From: Eledone cirrhosa
Taxonomy: Eukaryota
DNA: 64,000 nucleotides
Assembly: GCA_964016885.1 (NCBI GenBank)
Contig: OZ024740.1
Coordinates: forward strand, 321,842,001 to 321,906,000
Direction of reading: 5' to 3'
This document shows positions 41,607 to 54,697 of this stretch, piece after piece. The position numbers were made by a program, and so were the translations under genes. Under the pieces are notes generated by a model, which saw only the letters and a program-made list of their open reading frames with translations, ran no database searches and had not been told where the DNA came from. Numbering within the stretch: position 1 is the stretch's first letter; every line of letters starts with the position of its first letter.

Positions 41607-41829
41607 CCTTAACATAGCTAGAACCGTATCTAACAGAATAGCACTTCTCTTCAGAACCAGAAAATACTTCAGCTTCCGACAGATTCTTAACATATCGAGA
41701 ACTGTATCTAACTGAATGGTCCTTCTCTTCAGAACCAGAAAATACTTCAGCTTCCGACAGATTCTTAACATAGCTAGAACTATATCTAACTGAATGGTCC
41801 TTCTCTTCAGAACCAGAAAATACTTCAGC
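41607..41829 (-). repeat. 78-bp (26-codon) tandem repeat, ~3 copies, possibly an exon
   Basis: Repeat starts at 41609, 41687 and 41765; two minus-strand frames are open; preceded on the minus strand by CTATTGCAG. Confidence 0.85.
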
Positions 41830-41959
41830 CTGCAATAGGTTGTGAACCTGAATAATGTTTAAGTAAAACCAACAATGGAGTAGTGCTTCCACATCTAGGA
41901 CAGTGCTGCTGCCACACATACATACATTTAAAACTACATTGAGAAAAAGATCGCTTGCT

Positions 41960-42180
41960 AAATTGGTATAAATGATTCAGAAAGGCTCCAGCTTCTGGCT
42001 CCCATTTCTACCATCACTACAATGGTATCTGGTCCTCAGACCTTGTTAAACTCACGCCATCTTCCTCTCAGACGTTCCCGTCTCACTCATCTCTTCTTTC
42101 ATCACCCATATTGTGTCAGACTCATCCAGGTTCTACACTAATCCTTATATCCAATCCTTCCTCCACAGAATGTCATGAAT
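41960..42180 (+). pseudogene. CR1/Jockey-group LINE 3' coding relic
   Basis: FYHHYNGIWSSDL...HPYCV...YIQSFLHRM resembles the FYxYYxGxCS..SFxxRT C-terminus. Confidence 0.45.
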
Positions 42181-42457
42181 ATTTATGACTGATTAGACAG
42201 ATGTTGTCGAAGTAAATGTTGTTGTTGTGGTTGTGGTGGTATGGTGGTGATGTTGTAGTGGTGATGTAGGCGTGGTGTGGGGGTTTCGGTGCGAGTTCGT
42301 AACATTTGCGTGTCAAATGTTATTTTTTATCCATTTGTATACATTGATAGATACATTACGAAATAGATGCATTTATACACACATACTTACACTAACAGAA
42401 GAACCGCCCGGAGGGGGGGGGGTATTTCTGTTATGTAGAATAAAACAACAATAATAT

Positions 42458-43278
42458 CAGCAAGACACCAGCAGCACCACCAACACCACCAGCACCACAA
42501 ACACCATCACCAGCACCACCACCAACAACACAACAACCACTACCAGCACCACCAACACTTCTACCATCATATGCACCACTACCGACAACAACAACAAGAC
42601 CATCACAACCACCAACACTAACACTGACACCAGCACCAGCACCACCACCACCACCAGCTCCACCAACACTACCATCGACACCACCACCAACACCACCACA
42701 AGTAACACCACCACCACCACCTACACTACCACCACCACCACCACCACCACCACACCATCACCACCAACACCAACACCACCACCACCAACACCACCTACAC
42801 TACCACCACCACCACCACCACCACACCATCACCACCAACACCAACACCACCACAACTAACACCACCACCACCACCACCACCACCACCTACATTACCACCA
42901 CCACCACCACCACACCATCACCACCAACACCAATACCACCACAACTAACACCACCACCACCACCACCACCACCACCACCACCACCACCACCACCACCACC
43001 ACCACCACCACCACCTACACTACCACCACCACCACCACCACACCAACACCACCACAACTAACACCACCACCACCATCACCTACATTACCACCACCACCAC
43101 CACCACACCATCACCACCAACACCAACCCACCACAACTAACATCACCACCACCTACACTACCACCACCACTACCACCAACACTACCACCACCACTACCAC
43201 CAACACCACCACCACCACCACCACCACACCACCACCAACACCACCAACACTAACAACACCACCATCACCACCACCAAC
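42458..43278. repeat. (CAC)n-based compound microsatellite
   Basis: Direct inspection. Confidence 0.95.
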
Positions 43279-43443
43279 ATGAAGTAATACAAATTTCGAC
43301 CACCAATGTAGATAAAACTTATATAAACCTAGTCTGTTGTCCCGCCAGGGATTCTCGTATTTGTCTTTACTTTCTGTTGAGGAAATTATTGTTTTATTTA
43401 GTGAAGTTTATAGGGAGATTGGTTTTCATGGGGGAAACACATA

Positions 43444-43970
43444 TAACAACAACAACAATAACAACAATAGCAGCAACAACAACAGCAATGGCAGCAGGAA
43501 CAACAACAACGGCAACAATAACAATAACAACAATATCAATAACAACGGCAACAACAATAAAAACAATAGCAATAACAACAATAACAACAACGACAACAAC
43601 AACAACAACTACAACAACAACAACAACAGCAGCAACAACGACAACAACAACAACAACGACAACGACAACAACAACAGCAGCAACAACGACAACAACAACT
43701 ACAACAGCAGCAACAACGACAACAGCAGCAACAACGACAACAACAACTACAACAGCAGCAACAACGACAACAGCAGCAGCAGCAGCAGCAACAACAACAA
43801 CAACGACAACAACAACAATGGCGGTAACAACAGTAATAACAACAAAAATAGCAGCGACACTAACAACAGCAATAACAACAACAACAACACCAACAACAAC
43901 AGCAGCAGCAGCAACAACAAGAAAAACAACAATAGCAGCAAGAATAACAACAACAACAATTGTTACAACA
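43444..43970. repeat. (AAC)n-based compound microsatellite
   Basis: Direct inspection. Confidence 0.95.
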
Positions 43971-44186
43971 GCATCGGAGTTTTCTTCATCATTTCTCCGT
44001 ATTTTCGGCAAATAGTTATTTGGAAGAGTGACTAGAGGGTTGACCTGTGTGATGACTTTCGGACTTCAAATTCCACAGAGATCCGCGTTGGATTTTTTTG
44101 TTTGTTTGTTTCCGATTCAATAATTAAATCAACAGCCCTCTGTCACATGAGTCCTTGATAAAGAATTTTTATTATAAATATATCTA

Positions 44187-44581
44187 ATAATGGTTTCTAC
44201 TTTTGGCACAAGGCCAGCAATTACCCAGTACGTTACTGGTACTTTATTTTATCGACCCCGTAAGGATGAAAGGCAAAGTTAACCTCGGCTGGATTTGAAC
44301 TCAGACAGTAAAGGGACGTAAATATGCTGGAAAGCATAGCGTCCGACTCTCTACTGATACTGCCAAAATAATGGTTTCTGATTTAGGCTAAATTATGGGG
44401 GTGGGGAGAGAATTTGGATTAAATCGACCCAGTACATTACTGGTACTTATTTTATCTACTCCGTAAGGATGAAAGGCAAAGCTAACCTCGGCGGGATTTG
44501 AAATCAAAACGTAAAGAGCCGTAACTATATTCCACGAATCATGTTGTTCGAGGCCCTACCATTACTGCCAATCCACGGCCC
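44187..44581 (-). mobile_element. Head-to-tail SINE family 1 pair
   Basis: Two copies with B box GGATTTGAA(C/A)TC on the plus strand. Confidence 0.88.
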
Positions 44582-44652
44582 TTAAATAAATAGATTTAAT
44601 ACTTCAGGAGAGCTAGACAGCAGAAGGTCTTCAGAGAAGATCCTTCCTCGTC

Positions 44653-45132
44653 AAGCAAGTGTTTCGGTCTTTAACTTAATATAGATGTTGGGATATACAG
44701 ATCAGGAACTTGAAACATGTGGCACCTAAACTAAGCAAGTGTTTCGGTCTTTAACTTAATATAGATGTTGGGATATACAGATCAGGAACTTGAAACATGT
44801 GGCACCTAAACTAAGCAAGTGTTTCGGTCTTTAACTTAATATAGATGTTGGGATATACAGATCAGGAACTTGAAACATGTGGCACCTAAACTAAGCAAGT
44901 GTTTCGGTCTTTAACTTAATATAGATGTTGGGATATACAGATCAGGAACTTGAAACATGTGGCACCTAAACTAAGCAAGTGTTTCGGTCTTTAACTTAAT
45001 ATAGATGTTGGGATATACAGATCAGGAACTTGAAACATGTGGCACCTAAACTAAGCAAATGTTTCGGTCTTTAACTTAATATAGATGTTGGGATATACAG
45101 ATCAGGAACTTGAAACATGTGGCACCTAAACT
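44653..45132. repeat. 80-bp tandem repeat, 6 near-identical copies
   Basis: AAGCAAGTGTTTCGGTC...GGCACCTAAACT at 44653, 44733, 44813, 44893, 44973 and 45053. Confidence 0.97.
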
Positions 45133-45271
45133 ACTTGTCTATGGCTCGCGACAGAACAAAGGAAAATTTGAAATGGGAAGTTTATCTCCTACATTTCGTA
45201 CTAATTCACATACCCCACTTCCTATCATATGTGTATTCATTTTGACAAAAAAAAAAAAAAAAAAAAAAAAA

Positions 45272-45573
45272 AATTGTTTCTACTTTTGGCACAAGGCCAG
45301 CAATTATCCAGTTCATCACTGGTACTTTATTTTATCGACCCGGTAAGGATGAAAGGCAAAGTTAACCTCGACGGGATTTGAACTCAGACCGTAAAGGGAC
45401 GTAACTATGCTGGAATAAATAAATAAAATAATTGTTTCTACTTTTTGGCACAAGGCCAGCAATTATCCAGTGTATTACTGGTACTTTATTTTATCGACCC
45501 CGGTGGGATTTGAACTCAGATCATAAAAGAACGTAACTCTATGCTTCAAAGCATGGTGTCCGACTCTCTACCA
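45272..45573 (-). mobile_element. Two SINE family 1 copies, the first with a long homopolymer tail
   Basis: Family motifs; A-run at 45247-45272. Confidence 0.85.
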
Positions 45574-45859
45574 ATCAAATAAAATAATGATAAATAGCAG
45601 CCTCTCAGATGTATTGCAGATTAGCATTAAAACTGGTGGAAGTCATTTCACATTTGGCCTGTTGTGTCTCTCTCTCAGAACGTAGTGGCCTTTTTTAGTC
45701 CTTGAGTTTGAGACGTCTAATATATTCACACATAATGGAGTGTGTGATGTACAATAATAAGACGTGTTTATAGGGAACTGAGTGACCTTTTTACTTTGTG
45801 CTTATAACAATTAATAACAAATATATGATGGATCGTGAAAGTAGCCAGAAGACTTTCTA

Positions 45860-46115
45860 TTGGCCGCCATATTGGTAAAGTATCGGCATACATACGACAT
45901 ATTGTTAAAATATCGACTTACATACGCCATATTGCTACATCAACGGCATACATACGCCATATTGTTAAAACAATGGCATATACACGCCATATTGTGAAAT
46001 CAATGGCATACACACGGCATATTGTTAAAACAAACGCATACATACGGCATATTGTTAAACCGGCATGTATCGGTATATTATTTAATAATTGCCTGTATGT
46101 AGGCAATATTGTTAA
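45860..46115. repeat. 30-bp minisatellite, ~8 copies
   Basis: GCATACATACGCCATATTGTTAAAAC-like unit with period 30. Confidence 0.9.
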
Positions 46116-46486
46116 GGTTAGGGTTTGTTAAGGTTAATATGGCCTAGCATACGACATCTTGTATCCTGTAATAATAACAACGTCACTGATTAACGCATAA
46201 GGAAGCAACAATAATTGAACCTAACAAATATAAAAAAAAATAAAATAAACACGTCATTTTTTTAAAACTGACGAAAATCCTATACTCACATACACACTTA
46301 CATATACACACACACATACTACACATATATATACACACGCACATACTACACATATATATACACACGCACTCTCTCACACGCACACGGACACACACGTGTG
46401 AGTGTGTACATAACATCTAGTGTTCAGGTAGGTTGGTAGAATGATAGATAGACAAATATAGATTGACCGATGAATAGATAGATATG

Positions 46487-47436
46487 TTTCTTTATTAGCC
46501 ACAGGGAACAAAAGAAGAGGACAAATACAAAGGGGGAAGTTTACATACAATAAAAACGTGTAAAATATTATCACAAATGCAATTTAAAAAGTTAGTCGAT
46601 TTTCCCCAATAGGGGGAGACAGTTCATATGAGTAACACATACCACCGAAAAAATGTGCAACTCTCATCTCCAGGAGTACGAAGAGTTTGTACTCCTTTCC
46701 TCTCCTCCTCCTTTTCCTCAACCTACAGGCTGATATAGAGAGAAGGCCCATCCACTCGGGCCATTCTCGCCACTTTCACCCACCTTTCATAAAACTTGCT
46801 GAGGTACAGCATCTCTCTCTCCATCCTGATTCTTCTTCCAAATAGATAGATAGATAGAAATATAGATAGATAGATAGGCTGATAGATAGATAGATAGATA
46901 TATTTCTTTATGAGCCACAGGGAACAAAAGAAGAGGACAAATACAAAGGGGGAAGTTTACATACAATAAAAACGTGTAAAATGTTATCACAAGTGCAATT
47001 TAAAAAGTTAGTCGATTTTCCCCAATAGGGGGAGACAGTTTATATGGGTAACACATACCCCCGAAGAAATGTGCAACCCTCATCTCCAGGAGTACGAAGA
47101 GTTTGTACTCCTTTCCTCTCCTCCTCCTTTTCCTCAACCTACAGGCTGATATAGAGAGAAGGCCCATTCACTTGGGCCATTCTCGCCACTTTCACCCACC
47201 TTTCATAAAACTTGCTGGGGTACAGCACCTCTCTCTCCATCCTGATTCTCCTTCCAAAGCGGTATTTGAAAAAAAGAATCAGTTGTTGGCCGGAGAGAAA
47301 GGTGTCTGACCTCAGCCCTTTCAACCTTGTCCACCATACAACCTCTTTCGCCATAGCTATCACACAAAGATAGATAGATAGATATATTTCTTTATTAGCC
47401 ACAGGGGCACAAAAGAAGGGGACAAATACAAAGGGG

Positions 47437-47487
<51 letters not shown>

Positions 47488-47567
47488 TTCTTTATTTGCC
47501 ACAAGGGCGCACAAGAAAAGGGGACAATACAAAGACACATGCCGGGGATTTTACATAGAGTCGTGTA

Positions 47568-47598
<31 letters not shown>

Positions 47599-47827
47599 TA
47601 AAACAAACAATTACAACAATCGAAATCCCCAATAGGGGGAAACGCCACAGATGGGTTGTTTAATACCCCGTCGATAGAACAACCCTCAACTTCAGGAGTG
47701 TGTTGTGCAAGTGCCCCCTTCTTCCTTTTGCTCTCTTCTTTAACCTACAGGCTTATAAACAGAGAAGGCCCAATCACTCGGGCCATTTTCGCTTCATTCA
47801 CCCACCTTTCAATAAATTTACTGGGGT

Positions 47828-47829
<2 letters not shown>
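46487..47829 (-). mobile_element. Stack of four 5'-truncated Tx1-like LINE 3' ends in (GATA)n
   Basis: Copies at 46487-46841, 46903-47368, 47387-47437 and 47487-47829; each begins (plus strand) GATA..TTTCTTTATT(A/T)GCCAC and is homologous to 48976-49445. Confidence 0.9.
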
Positions 47830-47881
<52 letters not shown>

Positions 47882-48446
47882 GCACACATACACACATATA
47901 TATATATAAATACATATACACCCCATATATATATATGGCTGGAACAGGTAAAAGAGTAAAAGAGTAATATATATACGCCCCCATATATATATATATATAC
48001 GTACATATACACATACACACTCACATATATATATACATATACGCCCCCATATATATATATATATATATACGTACATATACACATACACACTCACATATAT
48101 ATATACATATACGCCCCCATATATATATATATATATATACGTACATATACACATACACACTCACATATATATATACATATACGCCCCCATATATATATAT
48201 ATATATAGAAACACACACTCATACACGTACACACACACACATATATATATACGCATATATACATATACCTCCCCCACATATATATACACACCTATATACG
48301 TACATACACATACACACATCTGTGTGTCCGTTATATATTTTCACGTATCACCTTCACAATAAATCAGAGTGCCCTATCTCTATAGAAGAAATACACACAC
48401 CAGCCCTTCCTCTCCAGCTCACCACATTATCAACATCAACATCGTT

Positions 48447-48488
<42 letters not shown>

Positions 48489-48537
48489 GTCATCACCATA
48501 ATAATTATCCCGATTATGATTATCATTATCTTCATCA

Positions 48538-48630
48538 CGAGGTTAACTTTGCTTTACGGGGTGGATAAAATAAAGTACCAGTAATGTACTGTGTATTTGC
48601 TGGCCTTGTGCCAAAAGTAGAAACAATTAT
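48538..48630 (+). mobile_element. 5'-truncated SINE family 1 copy in (CAT)n
   Basis: GAGGTTAACTTTGC...GTAGAAACAATTAT flanked by the repeat ATTATCTTCATCACGA. Confidence 0.8.
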
Positions 48631-48734
48631 CTTCATCACGATCATAATCATCATCATCATCATCATCATCATCAAGCCACCCGACCAGCAGCAGCACTAC
48701 CAGCACCAACACCACCATCATCCTCATCACCATC

Positions 48735-48766
<32 letters not shown>

Positions 48767-49216
48767 CATCAATACAATCATTATCATTATCTTCATCATA
48801 ATCATGATCACCAACATCAACATCATCATCAAACCTCCCAAATAATTATATTTTTTCCCCAAACTACCAAAACACACGTCTATTTGTATATGCGCTACAT
48901 ATTATGTAGAGACAGATGGGGGAGATAGATAGAGATATAGAGAGGGGGGGGGGGAGTTTGGTGGTAATTGATATAAATTTCTATTTATTTGCCACCAGGG
49001 CATCAAAGATTGGGACAAATACAAAGGGGGGAGTTTACATACATTTAAAAAGACGTGTAAAAAACATATAACAAATTAAATTTAACAATCGATGTCCTCA
49101 ATAGGGAGGGGCGTTGACATGGGTCGCACACACCCCCGAAAAAATGTGCAACCCTCCTCTTCAGGAGCACAAAGAGTGGGTGCTTCCTTCCTCTTCTCAT
49201 TCTTCTCCTCTCTCAC

Positions 49217-52200
49217 CTACAGGCTGATATAGAGAGAAGGCCCATTCACTCGGGCCATTCTCGCTACTTTCACCTATCTTTCATAAAACTTGCTGGGGTA
49301 GAGCACCTCTCTCGCCATTCTGATCCTTCTTCTAAAGTGGTACTTGAAAAAAAAGACCAGTTGTTGGCCGGAGAGAAAGGTGTCTGACCTCAGCCCTTTC
49401 AACCTTGTCCACCATACAACTTCTTTCGCCATAGCTATTACACAGAGGAAAACCTCCTCTCCTTCGTTTTTGAAAGGGGGAGGCGGTTTGATCGTGACAA
49501 TGTTCTCGGTGGTCAACCGGATTGGTCCCACCCGCGACAGTAGTCGTTCCACATAGCCCCACAGGTCAGCAACGCCCGGGCAGTGTACGAATGCGTGTGC
49601 GACGGTTTCCTCGTCACGCACGCATCTCGGACAGATCTTCTTCGAGCGGTCCCTACCCGGGCGCCCGTGTCTGTAGAGCTTGTCCCCCTCGGTAACATTG
49701 CCAAGCCAGGGACTTTTGGAAGTTGTCCATCGGTCCCGGGCCAAACGTCCTACCGAACAGACTGGCCAGCTCGTCTTCCTCCATGCCCAGAGCCTCTCCG
49801 AGAGCGTCGTCGCACTTACTGCGCACCAACGCTCTATAGAATGTTGAGGTTGAGTCTCCACTGATTGCCGGATCCGCTTGCCAGAGGGCCGTGAGCGCCT
49901 GGGCACATTCAATGTGCCAGTCGCCCACTTTTCTCGGTCTTTGCTTGACCCAGGATTGCAGCTCGGTGAGTGAGACGAGTCTCGGAAAGGCTCGCCTCAC
50001 AAACAGGGCCCACACGGGCTGACCGGTGAGGAATACCTGGAGGTGCCGTAGCCTTAATGCGTGTCTACGCATTGTTAGCCACGGCATCCCCAGCCCTCCG
50101 TTCGAAGGGTGTTGACAGCAAATGGATCTTCTCACCAAAGGAGCCCGCTTCTTCCAAAGAAATCGGAAGAGCGCGCGCTCCATTTTGGCGAGTGTTTTCT
50201 CTGGGCAAGGCACGACGGTCAAGCGGTAGTAGATGACGGGCGCTATATAAGCGTTCGCCACCTCCGCTCGACCTTTCAGGGATAGTTTGCACTCGGCCCA
50301 CTTCTGGGCGAGTGCAAACACCTTGCCCGTTACCTCGTCCCAGTTTTTCTCCACCTGGAGGTCCGGTCCGAACCAGACCCCGGGCAGCTTCACCGGTCCC
50401 TCCGTCCAGCGTCCGACGATGCCGTCGGAGGGCATCGTTTTGCCCCTCCACGTGCCGAGTTGCAAACCGACGGACTTGTCCCGGTTCAGCTTGGCTCCTG
50501 TGAACCTTTCATATTCCTCCAGTAAGGTGCCTATCTGCCCGATTTCCGAGGCGCACGACACCATTACTGTCACGCCATCGGCGTAGGCCGACACCGCTTT
50601 CCGCAATCCCGGTTCAAAGGGGATGCCCTGCAACAGCTCCAGCTTCTGCAGTAGTGGCTCGAGAGCCAGCACATACAGGAGGGAGGAGAGAGGGCATCCC
50701 TGTCGAATGGATCACGTGATTTGGAACGGCTCCGAGAGGTAGCCGTTCACCTTGACCCTCGAGCAGGTGTTGCTGCTGTGCATTGCAGCAATCCAGCCCC
50801 TGAAAACGAGTCCGAAGCCTGCCGCCGCGAGCACCGCATCCAGGTACCGATGGTCAACCCTATCGAACGCCTTAGATTGATCCAAGTTGATCAGGGCCCC
50901 ACCAAAGCCGGGTTCGTTCCCTACCCGCTCTACGATGTATCGCATGAGGTGGAGGTTTTCGTGTATGGACCTGGACGGGATTGCGCATGTCTGCGCTTCT
51001 CCCACCAGGTTCCCGACGACAAGCGCCAACCTCTTCGCTAACACCTTGGCCAAAATCTTTAACTCTGTGTTTAGCAGAGTTATGGGCCAGAAGTTATCTA
51101 TGTCATCCCCCTTGTTATCGTACTTCCTCACCAGTGTGACTACGCCCTTGATCACAGAACTGGGAATTCTCCCGTTCTGTTGCCAGTTGCAGTAGAGCGC
51201 CTCGAGGAGACCGGAGAACAAGCCCGGCATCGCTACATAAAGTTCGTATGGTAGACCATCGAGACCCGGAGATTTGCGTTTGCCGCATTGGCTCAGCGCT
51301 TCCCCTATTTCAGCGGCTGAAATCGGCCTCTCGCAGGACTTCGCCTCCCCGTCCGAGAGCCGCGCCAGACCGTCGAGGTATGGACCGAAATCCATGGCCC
51401 CACCAGGTCCGCCGCCCCTCCCGAACAGTCGTGCAAAGCGCCGTTGAAAGGCCGCGCTCATCCGCTCAGGTTCAAGGATCACGCGTCCATCCTGGTCCTT
51501 CAAAGACCGAATCGTGGACTTGTTTCCACTTTTTGCCTCTGTCACTCGGGCCCAGCTAACAGCTTTGGCTCCCTCGTTACCCAGAGCACGTATTTTACTC
51601 CTGACAACGCAGCCCTCGTGCTTCGCATCAAAGAACTGGTCTAGGGCCATTCTTGACGCCAGCACGCCGGCCACGTTGCCACTCCTAATCGCCTCTTCTA
51701 CTCTATTTGTTAATTCCCTTTCAGTTCTATTCCTATCTGATGCTAATTCCCGACTAAAACCTATCGATTCTATTCTAATTTCTCTCTTGAGAGAGCCCAA
51801 CCACCTGCTGTTGACAATTGCCCCCATCAAACGCTGCTTAACTAGTGTGCTAATCCGCTTACTGTAAGCTTTGTTTGTCGGTAAAGATAAGTTTAGCTTC
51901 CAGTAACCGGGTCCCTGTCTATGAGTTCTATCAAGGTTGACCACTCCGGTCACCAACTTGTGATCCGAATAGTCAACCATGAACATTCGTGGACAGCTTA
52001 CTATGTCCCTATCCTTATTTCTAACTAGGAACCTATCTAAATACGATCTAGATGTTCCGCTACGATAAGTCCACGTCCACAGTGGCACAGTCGGAAAATC
52101 TAGTCGATATCTATCGGCCAGATCAAATCGGCCGATTAATCGTTTGAGGCTGTTACACCCCCCTCTATCGGGACATTCCCCTACATAGTCCCAACGTGCA

Positions 52201-52616
52201 TCCAGGATACCATTCCAGTCCCCCACTAAAAGTAAGGAGCGAGACGTTCCCAGGAAATTCTCCAGGCGTCGGAAGAAGTCCGGTCGCGGTGTCTCAGATG
52301 GGGCATACGCTGCCACCAGCCTGAAAGCTCCACCTTCAACACTGCCGACGTCTAAAACCACCAGTCGACCCTCCGGGTCCAGGTGTACCTTCTGTGTGGC
52401 AAGACCCAGGTATTTTCGCAGCAGAACGACAACCCCACCCCCACCTCTTGCCTGACAGAGAGATTCATAGATCTCAAAGTCGTCGAAGATGATCCTGGAC
52501 TCGCAAATAACCATTACATCCACTCTGTGCGACCTGAGGTCATTTAAGAGTTTGCTCTGTTTCCAGGACATCCCTAAGCCGCGTGCATTCACACATCCAA
52601 CTCTTATATTGGCCAT
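49217..52616 (-). pseudogene. ORF2: APE endonuclease + reverse transcriptase + C-terminal Zn motif, frameshifted
   Basis: CVNARGL, GDWN, SYLDRF, SDHK, GPGYWKLN, KSPGLDGLPYELY, PITLLN..KILAK, LDQSKAFDRVDH, QGCPLS, AYADGV, CPRC...ETVAHAFVHC over ORFs 50712-52616, 49653-50672 and 49274-49912. Confidence 0.95.
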
Positions 52617-52658
52617 GTTGGTGCTGAAGAGTCAAAAAGGAAGAGGAAAGGAAATTAC

Positions 52659-53396
52659 TTACCTCTTCGTTTCCTGGGGACCAGGCAGCACAATTTCCAT
52701 GGGGGTGTTGGAAGGGTTGTTTGGTGGGGTGGTGGTTTGTGGTGGGGTGAGGACATCAGTGTGTGGTGGGATTAGGGTGTTTGGTGGGGTGTGGGTGTCT
52801 GTTGTGGGGGTGGGGAAACATCTCAATAGGACGTGGTTAAGTGGTTTGGTGCAGTTGGTCCCCACATGCATTGGATGGTTCTTTTTTCAAAGTTACACAG
52901 GTTTCCGTTGGGACCCTAATCATCATTAGGTGCGGTTTGTTCGCTGCGTAGGTGAAAGTGATCCCTTCGGTTTCCACCGAAGGGTTATTTTCTATTGCTT
53001 TCATCAAAGTTTTATTGTTCTTGTTAATGTACGTATAGAGTTTTTGTTGTGTTGTGTTTGTCTTTGTTTGTTGTTCTTGTGCGTGTTTGCGTTTTGTAGT
53101 ATGTGTTATGTTTTGGGGAGGGGTGGGGTTTTTTGTTTGTGATGTTTCTTCTGTTTGTGCTGGTGGTTGTGTGTTTGTAGCATTTTTGTTAATGTGGTGC
53201 CTTTTCTTTTCCTTTTCACCTGTTGAAAGTGTTCTCCCTCGTCATCACTGGGTGACGTTGATACGGAGTCCTCTTCCGTATTGTTGGGGAGGGGTATATT
53301 TTGGGGTTTTGTTGTGGTTGTTTTTGTATTTGTTTTAGGTGGGGAGGGGTTGGGTGGAACAGTGTTTTGTGTTGTTATTTTTCCGCGTTGTTGTGG

Positions 53397-53457
<61 letters not shown>

Positions 53458-54496
53458 GGTGGTGGTGGTGGTGGTTGTGTTGTTTTTTTTTACTCGTTAA
53501 TTGAGGACAGGCAGCCCTCAGGTGACCCCTGCTTAAGCAGTGGTAACATGACGGCCGCCTTCCCTCCACTGAAATGTTTATATAAGTTAGCCCGTCCAGA
53601 GGCACGCGTTGTGGGATATTCGCTATTCGTTCTGGGCTCATTTGCACCAGAACTTCTACGCTGGTCCCACCAAATACACCTCCGGAGCACTTTCCGATTG
53701 AAATTATCTTGTCTTCATCAAAGTCAATGATTCCACATAGTATCCACCAAATATTTACATTTGGTGTGATGCTCATTATTTTTATTCTTTGTGTCCTTTT
53801 TCCCCTGTATATGGGGAAAAAGGTGAAGCGGGGGGGGGGGGGGAATACAATGGGTGATGCCGAGTATTTTTGTGCTGTTGACTGGTTGTTCATTAGCACC
53901 GAAATGCTACCAAACAGTTTACCTTTTTGTATGAAGGTTATGTCCTTCATTGCATCTTTTAGAACCAGCGCAATTTCATTTTGTGATAATTGAGCTGGTT
54001 TTCTTGTTTCGTTCGATATTGTCCTGAAAACCACAGTTTGCAGGACAGCCTCTCTACGTAATTCCTGTGGAGAATTTGATGCTAAAGGCACCGTTTTCGC
54101 CAAAAGTCACGAATTGTATTGCGTCTTGTAGTAGTTGTTTAGCATTTGCTATGTCAATTGGCGTGTATAATTCGTTTTTTTTACTGTCTGTGCGAACGTT
54201 GTTTTGGTGTTGTTGTCTTTTTTGTTGCTGCTGTTGTTGTCACTGTTGGTAATATTGTTCATGTTTTCCTTGGTGTTGCTATTGTTGCAGTTGTTGGTTG
54301 TGGTGTTATTGTCATTGTTCTTGTTGTTGGTGCTGGTATTATTTACCGGGTTTGGTTTCGTGGTTTCAATATTTTCAACGTTTTTCAATAATGCGAGGGG
54401 GGAAGGCTGCAAGCTTTGTACTCCTACCTTCCCTCCACCACTTTTCTTAGTGAACGTGGCACTCACGACAGTGTGCGAGGTTGAAATGGCATCCAT
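52659..54496 (-). pseudogene. ORF1: gag-like protein with CCHC zinc knuckle, frameshifted
   Basis: VEGRRPSCYHCLSRGHLRAAC in ORF 53375-54103; flanking pieces 54149-54496 and 52659-52871; internal (AAC)n tract. Confidence 0.8.
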
Positions 54497-54697
54497 TGCT
54501 GACTACCAAATCTACACAGTTTTGAGATGAAAATGAAAATTTCGCCCCAGAAAGCGGCGAAAATTAGTTGACTCAACGTCTGACGGCCCAGGCAAGGGGT
54601 TAAACTAAACAATGCTATTAAATTGAGCAATGAACTCACAGTTTTTTTGACAATAATCCGAAAAAATCCGGAGCGTAGTAATTCACGTCTATATCAA

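Larger units (their letters stand above)
48976..54697 (-). mobile_element. Full-length Tx1/L1-clade non-LTR retrotransposon with ~15-bp TSD
   Basis: 5'UTR-ORF1-ORF2-3'UTR; TSD GTG(G/T)TAATTGATATA at 48961-48975 and 54698-54712; 3' end AATAAATAGAAA. Confidence 0.93.

Noticed and set aside
46108-46140. Telomeric repeat (GGTTAGGG)
   Set aside because: Single unit adjacent to a minisatellite; not an array.
50721-51867. Plus-strand ORFs over LINE ORF2
   Set aside because: Antisense shadows of a GC-rich coding region.
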